Origin: Candidatus Colwellbacteria bacterium | Lineage (GTDB): Bacteria > Patescibacteriota > Minisyncoccia > UBA6257 > Colwellbacteraceae | DNA length: 64,000 nt | Direction of reading: 5' to 3' | NCBI GenBank assembly: GCA_016176505.1 | Contig: JACOXB010000006.1 | Location: 7,240 to 71,239, forward strand | Shown: positions 1 to 8,661 of the stretch, piece by piece | How positions within the stretch are numbered: the stretch's first letter is position 1 | Layout of the letters: every line of letters begins with the position of its first letter | Notes under the pieces: generated by a model | The model's database searches: none | What the model saw: only the letters and a program-made list of their open reading frames with translations | Told to the model about the DNA's origin: nothing | Program-made: the position numbers and the translations under genes

Positions 1-1
1 A

Positions 2-751
2 ATTCAAGATAAAATTGATATCAGTATTTATTTTAATATCGACACGCCCGAAGACGAAATTTTGGCTGTCAAACGTTCGATCGAAGGATTGGAAGAAGTA
101 AAATCAGTTGAATACGTTTCCCGAGATCAGGCCTTAGCTCTTTTCCAAGAGCGGCACAAAGACGACCAAACTATTACCACCGCCCTTGAAGAACTTGAAG
201 AAAATCCGCTTTCAGCTTCCCTGAATATTAAGGCTGAAAATCCTGACGATTACGCCGTGATCGCCGCTTACCTTAACAATAATGTGCCGACCGAAAGGGT
301 GGAGAATATTACCTACAATCAGAATCAGGTAGTGATTGATCGGTTGGCCTCGATTATCAGAGTCAGCCGCCAAGTCGGCATTCTTTCGGCTCTTTTCCTG
401 ACCGTAGTGGCGATTCTCGTCGCCTTTAACACCATTCTTCTTGGTATTTACTCGAATCGGGAAGAGATTTCGATTATGCGTTTAGTCGGCGCTTCAAATA
501 TGTATGTGCGCGGGCCATTTGTGGTGATGGGCATTATTTACGGCTTGATCACCGCCGTTTTAAGTATTCTGATCACGGCGCCGGTGGTTTATCTTTCCTC
601 TCCCTATGTCAGATTATTTATTCCGGAGATGAATTTAGCCGGGTACTTCGGCTCTCACATCGGCCTCCTCCTTTTGTACCAAATACTTTTCGGTGTCGGC
701 ATCGGCGTTATCTCAAGCTTCATCGCCATCCGAAGATACCTGAGCATCTAA
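2..751 (+). CDS. ftsX: Cell division permease FtsX (5'-truncated by window edge)
   Basis: Frame open from base 2; NPLSASLNIKA and REEISIMRLVGASNMYVRGPF motifs, C-terminal TM helices. Confidence 0.9.
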   Translation: MQDKIDISIYFNIDTPEDEILAVKRSIEGLEEVKSVEYVSRDQALALFQERHKDDQTITTALEELEENPLSASLNIKAENPDDYAVIAAYLNNNVPTERVENITYNQNQVVIDRLASIIRVSRQVGILSALFLTVVAILVAFNTILLGIYSNREEISIMRLVGASNMYVRGPFVVMGIIYGLITAVLSILITAPVVYLSSPYVRLFIPEMNLAGYFGSHIGLLLLYQILFGVGIGVISSFIAIRRYLSI

Positions 752-770
752 ACAATTTTTCTAGCCGAAA

Positions 771-862
771 AACTAAAGCGAGGGGAAGTTGTCCCGAGGG
801 TGAAGAAATTTTTGCCGCTGGAGCAAAAATATTCTGCTTCTGAGGGATAATTTCCCCGAGCC
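771..862 (+). repeat. Structured dispersed repeat family A, short copy
   Basis: Nearly identical to 1588-1740 minus an internal ~60-nt module; stem GGGGAAGTTGTCCC/GGGATAATTTCCCC. Confidence 0.85.
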
Positions 863-1066
863 TTTGTAACTTTTTTGGATCCCCCCCGTCTTCCCTATTG
901 GTGCGCCTTGAATTTCGGCCCACCACTCGTAGTTCTTTGAAGGGAGGTGATAGATCAGTTCTGGTCCCGAGCATTCGTTCGCTGGTTAACGAGTCTCTGG
1001 AACAGAATCACTGATCTAGTCCGGTCCTGTTGTAGGCAGTGTTTCGACTACCCGGAAGGGGGAAAG

Positions 1067-1486
1067 ATGAAACGCATCGCCGCCATCGTCGCCTTCGGCC
1101 TGGTCTTTGCCCTATCTCCTGGCATAGCCGAGGCCCATCACGCGAACTGGCCCTGCGATCTCCACTGGTGGGAGGGCGTCTGGCATCGGAAGCAGCTCAT
1201 CAAGTGCGAAGAGAACCGCATCGACCCGCCAGGCACGTTCCAGTACGTGCTCGGTATCGCTCGGTGTGAATCCGGCGAAGATCTCATGGACACCTACGCT
1301 GGTGATGGTTACGCTGGTCCTTTCCAGCAAGCCACCCGCTACTGGGACACGCGCTTCGATTATTACAAGAAGCCGTGGGACAAGCACTTAGTCGACAAGC
1401 CCGGGAACTTCCGGGCGAACGTCATCATAAGCTTCCGGATGGCCAAGTCCAAGGGTACCTGGCAAGCCGATTGGGCCTGCGCCTGA
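1067..1486 (+). CDS. Secreted lysozyme-like/Rpf-like transglycosylase
   Basis: Purine-rich RBS before ATG 1067; signal peptide; IARCESG...GDGYAGPFQ...W resembles Rpf CESGG...GNGYYGGLQF. Confidence 0.6.
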   Translation: MKRIAAIVAFGLVFALSPGIAEAHHANWPCDLHWWEGVWHRKQLIKCEENRIDPPGTFQYVLGIARCESGEDLMDTYAGDGYAGPFQQATRYWDTRFDYYKKPWDKHLVDKPGNFRANVIISFRMAKSKGTWQADWACA

Positions 1487-1500
1487 CAAAGAAGAGTCTG

Positions 1501-1572
1501 GTGGCCGAGCACTCAAGCTTGTTGAGTGCTCGGCCACTGGGCCTAGTTGAATCCGCCAATCGGCGGTTTTTT
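1501..1572 (+). terminator. Two hairpins, the second followed by a U tract
   Basis: GTGGCCGAGCACTCAA/TTGAGTGCTCGGCCAC and CCGCC-AATC-GGCGG-TTTTTT. Confidence 0.7.
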
Positions 1573-1587
1573 CGTCTTTAAAAATTT

Positions 1588-1740
1588 AACTAAAGCGAGG
1601 GGAAGTTGTCCCGAGGAACATCCCGCAGGCCTAGCTCGGCTTGGTCTCCGACTCTAGTCGGAGCGAGCAGGCCGAGGGAGAAGAAATTTTTACCGCTGGA
1701 GCAAAAATATTCTGCTTCTGAGGGATAATTTCCCCGAGCC
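1588..1740 (+). repeat. Structured dispersed repeat family A, long copy
   Basis: Core shared with 771-862, 59849-59990 (rc) and 62984-63155 (rc). Confidence 0.9.
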
Positions 1741-1770
1741 CCTGATGTGGTAAAATAGTAACCAGCCTAG

Positions 1771-2997
1771 ATGCCTTTTAGATTCAGACCTCCTAAAATT
1801 AGACGCCCCAGAATCTTTAAGCGGAAAGGGGTCGGAAAGCCCGAGATTATTATTGGCATTCCCTCTTATAATGAAGCCGAGAATATCGGTATTTTAACCC
1901 AGATTCTTGACCAAGGGTTGATTAGGTATTTTCCTAATAAACGAGCGCTTATTATAAATGTTGACAATAACTCTTCTGATGGTACTAAAAAGGCCTTTCT
2001 CTCAACTAAAACTAAAACCCCCAAGCGTTACATTAGTACCGCGCCCGGAGTTAAAGGCAAGGGGCGGAATATTAAAAACCTTCTTGAATATTTTTTGAAT
2101 ACTGAATCAGCCGCGGCTCTGATGACGATTGACGCCGATGTTACGGCGGTTGATCCGAAGTGGGTTAAAAATCTTTTAACGCCAATTTTTAAAGGGTTCG
2201 ACCACTGCTTGCCGATTTACCGAAGGAGCGAAGATGATGGTTCGATTACCAACCACTTAGCTTATCCGATTGTTCGCGGTATTTTGGGCGTGGAAATCCG
2301 TCAGCCCATCAGCGGCCAGACCGCTCTTTCGCGTAAAGCGGCGGACCGGATTTACAACCGCCCTTGGCCGAACTGCGCTTACGGCTTTGGCATCGATGCC
2401 CTAATGACTTTGAGCAGCGTTTTTGGCGAGCTAAAGTTGTGTCAGGCGTATCTCGGAACAATTCACCACAAGCCGGTTAAGTTAGAGGACCCATTACTCT
2501 TTAACGAAGTGGCGGCTAGTCTCTTTAGTCTATTAAACGTTCAAAAACAGCTTTGGCAATGGTCAACCCCAATGAGGGTTCGGAGGCCGCCCGTTTTTTT
2601 CGAGGCTAATCACGGGAGCGAGGCGCCTAAAATGGGCATCGCCTACCGTGAATTAAAGGAAATTGTACTAGCCGAGTTTAGTAAGTATAGAAAAGAGATT
2701 GAGGCAATTGTCGGGAAGGATGTCTTTGGTTATCTTTCCCAGAATTTTGGAAAGGGCGGCGATTTAAACATAGATGCCGAACATTGGGCTGCGATTTTGA
2801 GTTGTTTTATTAAAAACTCAAGAACTCATCATCTAAAACGAGCTAAATTCTTAAGGCCGCTTTACCTGGGTCGTTTTCTCACTTTTTATAAAGATTCACT
2901 CGATAAATCGAGAGAAAGAATTGAAGAGGCGATTCTGGCTCAGGCCGCTCTCATCTTTAAGGAGAGAAAGAAATTTATTGATTTCCCTAAAGTTTAA
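1771..2997 (+). CDS. GT-A glycosyltransferase (glucosylglycerate synthase-like)
   Basis: GIPSYNEAENI, VDNNSSDGT, GKGRN, DAD, IRQPISG, FGID motifs. Confidence 0.75.
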   Translation: MPFRFRPPKIRRPRIFKRKGVGKPEIIIGIPSYNEAENIGILTQILDQGLIRYFPNKRALIINVDNNSSDGTKKAFLSTKTKTPKRYISTAPGVKGKGRNIKNLLEYFLNTESAAALMTIDADVTAVDPKWVKNLLTPIFKGFDHCLPIYRRSEDDGSITNHLAYPIVRGILGVEIRQPISGQTALSRKAADRIYNRPWPNCAYGFGIDALMTLSSVFGELKLCQAYLGTIHHKPVKLEDPLLFNEVAASLFSLLNVQKQLWQWSTPMRVRRPPVFFEANHGSEAPKMGIAYRELKEIVLAEFSKYRKEIEAIVGKDVFGYLSQNFGKGGDLNIDAEHWAAILSCFIKNSRTHHLKRAKFLRPLYLGRFLTFYKDSLDKSRERIEEAILAQAALIFKERKKFIDFPKV

Positions 2998-3021
2998 AAG
3001 GTCGAGTCGATTATTAATTCA

Positions 3022-3444
3022 ATGAAGAAAGAAAATACTTTAATTGTTTCTGCTCTGCTTGTCATTGTTCTGGGTTTGGCTTGGTATCTTTGGTTCGGCG
3101 GCAAGGACGTGGTAAATGCGGATAAGGTCTCGGCGGTTGACCAGGCCGCTACCGATCGAATTACGGTTGAGAGCGTCAATCTTAAAGAGCCAGGCTATGT
3201 GGCGATTTACGCTGATAGCGGCGGCATGCCGGGTGAAATGCTCGGCAACGGCGAACTTTTGGTCGGTCGGCACAAAGATGTAGTTGTTTTTTTGAAGCGA
3301 GAAGCGAAGCAGGGTGAGACGCTTTACGTGATTCTTCACCGAGATGATGGTGATGGCGGATTTGAGTTTCCGGGTCAAGATGCGCCGGTAACTGACGAAA
3401 CCAGTCGAATAATTCTTGATTCCTTTGTTGTTTTAGAGAGCTAA
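3022..3444 (+). CDS. Membrane-anchored hypothetical protein
   Basis: N-terminal TM; LHRDDGDGGF C-terminal motif. Confidence 0.7.
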   Translation: MKKENTLIVSALLVIVLGLAWYLWFGGKDVVNADKVSAVDQAATDRITVESVNLKEPGYVAIYADSGGMPGEMLGNGELLVGRHKDVVVFLKREAKQGETLYVILHRDDGDGGFEFPGQDAPVTDETSRIILDSFVVLES

Positions 3445-3489
3445 AACGAAAGGTCGGGCGAATTCGAGATTGATTAAAGAATTAAATCA

Positions 3490-3738
3490 ATGCTTAATAA
3501 AAAAGCTTTTGGTACAGCTGTCGCTGTTTTTAACGCCATTTTTTGGCTGGTGGCCATGTTTTTCTCCCTTGTCACCGGCGTTGGCGAAATTACCCTAACC
3601 ACGATTGGCTCTTTCTTCCCGTTTTTCGAGTACTCGTGGCTGGGGATGCTTGTCATTGTGGTTGAGCACATTGCCCTTGGTTTTCTCGGCGGTTGGGCGT
3701 TTGCCTGGTTCTACAATCGCTTTAATAAATCAGCTTAG
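3490..3738 (+). CDS. Small two-TM membrane protein
   Basis: Hydrophobic 82 aa ending FAWFYN. Confidence 0.7.
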   Translation: MLNKKAFGTAVAVFNAIFWLVAMFFSLVTGVGEITLTTIGSFFPFFEYSWLGMLVIVVEHIALGFLGGWAFAWFYNRFNKSA

Positions 3739-3756
3739 TCTAAACCGCTTCCGGGA

Positions 3757-5367
3757 ATGGATTCTTTGAGCGAACTTAAGCGGGTTATTAAAGGCGAGGT
3801 TTTACGAGCGCCCGAGGTTCTTGATAAATACAGTGAGGACGCAAGTCTTTTTAAGATCAAGCCTCAGGCGGTTGTTTTTCCTAAAGACGCGGCTGATTTA
3901 GGAGCCCTGGTTAGATCCGGTTTTTCTTTATCGCCTCGAGGCGGAGGGAGCGATATGACCGGCGGCCCCTTGACCGAATCAGTCGTTGTTGACCTTACTA
4001 AGCATTTCAATCGCATCGGCGAGATTAAAGGAAATCGAATTTCGGTTGAGCCAGGCGCTTTTTACCGGGATTTTGAAAAAGAAACCTTAAAACACAACTT
4101 GCTTCTGCCTTCTTTCCCAGCCTCACGCGAGCTTTGCACTTTAGGCGGCATGGTGGCGAACAACGCTGCTGGCGAGAAAACTTTAAGCTACGGTAAAACC
4201 AATCGTTATGTTAAGTCCTTAAAGGTTATTCTCCGGGACGGCAATGAATATTTCTTCAAGCCGCTTAATCAAAAAGAGCTTACCGAGAAGCTCGAATTCA
4301 ATAATCTTGAAGGGGAAATTTATCGCGGAGTTCATAAACTAATTAACGAAAACTACGAAGCGATTCAAGCGGCAAGGCCGAAAGTTTCTAAAAACTCGGC
4401 TGGTTACGCTCTGTGGGATGTTTGGGATAAAAAAACTTTTGATTTAACCCAGCTTTTTACTGGCTCCCAGGGGACGCTCGGCATTATTACTGAAATTGAA
4501 TTTGAGCTTGTCCGGCCGAAACCTTACTCAAAAATGCTTATTATTTTCCTCCGTAATACCGAATCTTTGGCCGAGATTATTAATCAGGTACTTCGCGAAA
4601 AGCCAGAAACTTTCGAATCTTATGATGATCATACTTTAAGTCTGGCCCTCAAATTCCTGCCCCAATTTGTTAAATTACTTAAAGGAAATATTTTGGGGGT
4701 TGCTTGGAAGTTTTTGCCGGAATTCAGGATGATTTTAACCGGCGGAATGCCCAAAATGGTTTTAACGGCCGAATTTACCGGCGACGATCCGGCCGAAATT
4801 GAGGCAAGAGCAAGGATTGCCAGAGCGGCGCTCGAACCCTTCGGAGTGAAAACGCGGATTACTAAATCTGCTAAAGAAGTTGAAAAATATCATTTAATCA
4901 GGCGGGAGAGTTTTAATCTTTTGCGCCACCGCCTTAAGGGGAGAAAGGCCGCGCCCTTTATTGACGACATTATTGTGAGGCCTGAAAAACTGCCGGAATT
5001 TCTGCCCGAACTCGATAAAATTCTCGACGAGTATCCCAGCCTTATTTACGGTATGGCTGGGCATATTGGCGATGGCAACTTTCATATTTTCCCCTTAATG
5101 GATTTAACTGATCCCAAGACCAGAGAAATCATCCCGGCCTTAATGGATGAAGTCTATCGTTTAATTCTCCGGTTCGGGGGCTCGCTTACGGCTGAACATA
5201 ATGATGGCTTGCTTCGAGGGCCGTATTTAAAACAAGTGTACGGCGAAAAAATTTATCACCTATTCGAAGAGGTAAAACGTATTTTTGATCCGGAAAATAT
5301 CTTTAATCCCGGCAAAAAAGTGGGTACGAGTTTAGAATACGCTCTGGCTCACCTAAAAAGCGGGTGA
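3757..5367 (+). CDS. FAD-linked oxidase (GlcD/D-lactate dehydrogenase-like)
   Basis: PRGGGS, TLGGMVANNAAG, GSQGTLG, GHIGDGNFH, AEHNDG, NPGK. Confidence 0.85.
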   Translation: MDSLSELKRVIKGEVLRAPEVLDKYSEDASLFKIKPQAVVFPKDAADLGALVRSGFSLSPRGGGSDMTGGPLTESVVVDLTKHFNRIGEIKGNRISVEPGAFYRDFEKETLKHNLLLPSFPASRELCTLGGMVANNAAGEKTLSYGKTNRYVKSLKVILRDGNEYFFKPLNQKELTEKLEFNNLEGEIYRGVHKLINENYEAIQAARPKVSKNSAGYALWDVWDKKTFDLTQLFTGSQGTLGIITEIEFELVRPKPYSKMLIIFLRNTESLAEIINQVLREKPETFESYDDHTLSLALKFLPQFVKLLKGNILGVAWKFLPEFRMILTGGMPKMVLTAEFTGDDPAEIEARARIARAALEPFGVKTRITKSAKEVEKYHLIRRESFNLLRHRLKGRKAAPFIDDIIVRPEKLPEFLPELDKILDEYPSLIYGMAGHIGDGNFHIFPLMDLTDPKTREIIPALMDEVYRLILRFGGSLTAEHNDGLLRGPYLKQVYGEKIYHLFEEVKRIFDPENIFNPGKKVGTSLEYALAHLKSG

Positions 5368-5630
5368 GGCACCTCAACATTAAAATATACGGCTTGGTTC
5401 AGGGCGTTATCTTCAGACAATCGGCTAAAAAGAAGGCTGAGGAGTTGGGTCTTGTCGGATTTGTCCGAAACGAACCTGATGGTACAGTTTATATCGAGGC
5501 CGAGGGGTCAGATGAAGTGCTCGAGATATTCGTTCATTGGTGTCGGGAGGGTCCGGAGCACGCTTCGGTCGAAAAGGTCGAAGCCGAGGAGGGGGATTTT
5601 GAAAACTTCCAAGAGTTCGAAATTAGATGA
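5364..5630 (+). CDS. acyP: Acylphosphatase
   Basis: GLVQGVIFR, GFVRNEPDGTV. Confidence 0.9.
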   Translation: MRHLNIKIYGLVQGVIFRQSAKKKAEELGLVGFVRNEPDGTVYIEAEGSDEVLEIFVHWCREGPEHASVEKVEAEEGDFENFQEFEIR

Positions 5631-5641
5631 AGTAACTAAGA

Positions 5642-6100
5642 ATGAAATTAGAAAGTCTAGTTTTTGAAAATAATAGTTCTATTCCGGCGAAATATACTTG
5701 CGATGGCGAGAATATTAATCCGCCGCTTAAGTTTAGCGAAGTGCCCGAAAGTACTGCGAGCCTAGTTTTAATTATGGATGATCCGGATGTGCCGAAATCT
5801 GTTAAGCCTGACGGCATATGGGATCACTGGCTTATTTGGGATATGCCGCCGGAAACATCAGAGATCAGAGAAGGAGAAGCGCCAATGGGAACTCTGGGCA
5901 AAAATACTGGCGGCAGTTTTGGTTATCAAGGGCCTTGCCCGCCGGATCGAGAACACCGATATTTTTTTAAACTTTACGCCCTGGATAAAAAGCTCGGTTT
6001 ACCTCGCGAAACAACCACTAAAAAAGATTTAGAAGCAGCAATGGGAGGGCATATTTTAGCCGAGACCCAACTTATGGGTCGTTACGATCGCGCGAGATGA
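5642..6100 (+). CDS. YbhB/YbcL (PEBP) family protein
   Basis: DDPD, WDHW, YQGPCPP, HRYFFKLYALD. Confidence 0.9.
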   Translation: MKLESLVFENNSSIPAKYTCDGENINPPLKFSEVPESTASLVLIMDDPDVPKSVKPDGIWDHWLIWDMPPETSEIREGEAPMGTLGKNTGGSFGYQGPCPPDREHRYFFKLYALDKKLGLPRETTTKKDLEAAMGGHILAETQLMGRYDRAR

Positions 6101-6282
6101 GTCTTAACCAGCTCTAGGAGTTCCTGGACGTGCGCTTCCTTATCTTCAGCCATTTTTCCCCAGAACCGATCGCATTCTTCGCAACCGGCCGAGTCAGTTA
6201 AATAATGGTTTTTAATTCGCCAAAGGCTTTTATGCTCCTGGGTTAACTGGAGCAGGAGATTGTAAATGTGGTTACTGAGCAC
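6082..6282 (-). CDS. Small hypothetical protein with CxxC
   Basis: YNLL.QL.QEHKSLWRI...CEEC; directly downstream of lysA. Confidence 0.65.
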   Translation of the reverse strand: MLSNHIYNLLLQLTQEHKSLWRIKNHYLTDSAGCEECDRFWGKMAEDKEAHVQELLELVKTHLARS

Positions 6283-6291
6283 GGAATGTGT

Positions 6292-7470
6292 TTAATTTTT
6301 AATGATTGTTTCGACCTTTTCCCGGCGCCTGATTAATCTGGCGCGGTTCGCCTCTATTAAAACCTCAGCTGGACGCGGTCGCAGATTATAATTCGAGCTC
6401 ATGCTAAAGCCATAAGCCCCGGCATTTAAGATAGCGAGCGCGTCTCCGATTTTAGGGAGGGGGATAGGCCGGTCTTTAGCAAAGAAATCAGCTGATTCGC
6501 AGATATTTCCCACAATTGAAGCTTTAATTTTCTTGCCTCCTTGTCGGCTCAAATTAACTATTTCGTGGTAACTATCATACATGGCTGGCCGAATCAGGTG
6601 ATTAAACCCCGAGTTTACGCCGATAAAAACTTTTGAAGGGTTAATTTTGATGTCTGTGACTGTGACGAGCAGGGTGCCGGCCTCAGCGATTAAATAGCGG
6701 CCTGGTTCGAAAACAAAATTAAGCTTTCGGCCATAAACCGCCTCAAATTCTTTTAAGATCTTAACTACCGAGCGGCCAAGGCGATTTAAATCAAGAGGTT
6801 TTTCATTCGGTCGATAGGGGATGCCGATCCCGCCGCCAAAATCAATAAATTCTAAATCAGGAAAGCGTCGAGCGGTATGAAGCAGGGCCATCATTGCCTC
6901 AATGAATATTTTTTTATTTTCGTTAAGAATACCCGAGCCAATGTGCTGTTGGATTCCATTTACGGTGAGCTTGTATTTTTTAGCGAGAGCCAAAGCCTTA
7001 TTAATTTGGCGAACATCAATGCCAAATTTACTTTCTGGTCCGCCGGTAATGAAGTGATGGTGATTGCCGGCGCCAATACCTTGATTGACCCTGAAGCTGA
7101 TTGATGTGCCAGGTGCTAGCTCGCCCCACATTTTAATCTGGTTAAGCGAATCAAGGTTTACCCTGATTTTTCTCTTGTTAAGAGTTTCGAGCTCCTCCTT
7201 AGTGATATTACTACAGGTATAAATAATATCTTTTGGTTTAAATCCGGCCTTGAGTGAAATTAAAACTTCGCCAAGACTGACAGTTTCCGCTCCAGCCCCG
7301 AGCTTTCTTAAATACCTTAATATCTCGAGATTACTATTAGCCTTAACCGCATAATGAATTCTCAATCTGGGGTGATTAAGATTTTTAGCCAGTTTCTGAT
7401 AGCGGTCTTTAATAACCCTGGCTTCATAAACATAAAGCGGAGCACCGTATTTTTTAACCAGACTTTTCAC
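6292..7470 (-). CDS. lysA: Diaminopimelate decarboxylase
   Basis: YAVKAN (PLP Lys), HIGS, DFGGG, EPGRY, GNICES, GAYG.SMSSNYN. Confidence 0.9.
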   Translation of the reverse strand: MKSLVKKYGAPLYVYEARVIKDRYQKLAKNLNHPRLRIHYAVKANSNLEILRYLRKLGAGAETVSLGEVLISLKAGFKPKDIIYTCSNITKEELETLNKRKIRVNLDSLNQIKMWGELAPGTSISFRVNQGIGAGNHHHFITGGPESKFGIDVRQINKALALAKKYKLTVNGIQQHIGSGILNENKKIFIEAMMALLHTARRFPDLEFIDFGGGIGIPYRPNEKPLDLNRLGRSVVKILKEFEAVYGRKLNFVFEPGRYLIAEAGTLLVTVTDIKINPSKVFIGVNSGFNHLIRPAMYDSYHEIVNLSRQGGKKIKASIVGNICESADFFAKDRPIPLPKIGDALAILNAGAYGFSMSSNYNLRPRPAEVLIEANRARLIRRREKVETIIKN

Positions 7471-7501
7471 TAATTAATTTTAGCTAATAAATAGGTTTAA
7501 A

Positions 7502-7526
7502 TAAAAAAACCATCTTCGAAAGATGG
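7502..7526 (-). terminator. Intrinsic terminator
   Basis: Minus strand CCATCTT-TCG-AAGATGG followed by T7. Confidence 0.75.
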
Positions 7527-8042
7527 GCGGGGGGCGGGAGGTTCCTGAGAACCCCCCGCCCCCGCGGCGACCGCGGAGGGGTGCGGTCGGGGGCGACGGA
7601 AGGGCCCGGCGGACTCGTAACGAGCAGCTCGGGGAATGGGCACGGGTCAGGCCGCCCGCCAACAGGGCCCACACAGGCCCTCCGTCGTGGTGGATGGCGG
7701 CTGCGCGGCTACCATCCCACCGGGATGAGGAGAAGTCGGTCAGAGCCGACCGCGGTGTTGCTCGAGGGACGCCTCGCCCCTGAAAGGCGTCCACCGCGCT
7801 ATGCCTGCGTCTCGGCCCGTCCGGGATCCGGGCAGCGCTAGGCTTCGGGTCGGCCGAAGGACCGAGCATCTCCTCATCGCTTTAGCGGAGAAAGACTCCG
7901 CCAAGACGTATCATATTGCTCAAGGTGCGGGCGCTCCAACTTATGTCGGAGTGGATGGGGGAGTAAGACAGGACGAGGGACGCCCTGCTTCTTGGAGGAG
8001 AAGGGTTTGGGCATCCCTACCGGGGGAACCTCCCACCATCCA
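7502..8042 (-). ncRNA. Candidate large structured non-coding RNA (~540 nt), family unknown
   Basis: More than 10 nested hairpins; several plus-strand A-C mismatches become G-U on the minus strand; promoter upstream and terminator at the end; no credible ORF. Confidence 0.65.
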
Positions 8043-8047
8043 ATTTA

Positions 8048-8077
8048 ATTGTGGCCGAAAAGCAGTCTAGCTGTCAA
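8048..8077 (-). promoter_or_regulatory. sigma70-like promoter
   Basis: TTGACA-N18-CACAAT, predicted start ~8041-8042 at the base of the first stem. Confidence 0.65.
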
Positions 8078-8317
8078 TTGGGGATAAGGAGCTCGAACTC
8101 ATCTCCTCAAGAACGCTCTCCGCTCGGATAAATAAACCCTCACTCAGCCAAAAAAGGGTGAAGCTGCTCACGGACTCAACCAATCTAAGGATACCCGACG
8201 TCCTTAGATTGGGATTTAAACATCGTTCGCCGCTCTTCTTCTTAGTGGCCTCGTTCGGTTATTTCCAACCTCGCTCCGAGATGTTCTTTACGGAGACAAG
8301 TTCTCGCTTATTTAATT

Positions 8318-8599
8318 TCAGGAGTTATTTTTCTCTTTCGGTTTCCGGATAATATAGGCCGTGATAAGTACCAGGACAATAGTGATAATAATAGCGTAGA
8401 AAAATTTAGCCGCGATTGTATTCTGTTTTAATGGGAAAAGATATTCGATTAGAGTTTTGATAGCATCGTTCCAAGCTAGGCCAACCACTAAGCCGAGGGC
8501 CGCCGCAATATAGGTACCTACTTTTGTTCCAACTTCCCGTTGGAGCCCTTTGCCCCCTTCAGTTACTTTCTTAATGCCTTGTTTTACTTTAGTCGTCAT
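8318..8599 (-). CDS. DUF5654/MscL-like small membrane protein
   Basis: AALGLVVGLAWNDAI...FFYA motif. Confidence 0.8.
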   Translation of the reverse strand: MTTKVKQGIKKVTEGGKGLQREVGTKVGTYIAAALGLVVGLAWNDAIKTLIEYLFPLKQNTIAAKFFYAIIITIVLVLITAYIIRKPKEKNNS

Positions 8600-8661
8600 G
8601 CGGATAGAGCATACTAATTTGTTTGGGAAAAATCAAAAGGGCCTGTCGGGCCCTTTTGATT

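Noticed and set aside
7502-8042. Lysine riboswitch, T-box or tmRNA upstream of lysA
   Set aside because: No AGAGGUGC/AGUAA lysine motifs on the lysA strand, no GGUGGNACC T-box and no tRNA-like GGGG...CCA ends.
7480-8070. ORFs over the GC-rich block (129, 86 and 89 aa and others)
   Set aside because: Low-complexity Pro/Arg/Gly translations in several frames; the GAGGAG before ATG 7869 has no spacer and sits in a stem. Better explained as structured RNA.
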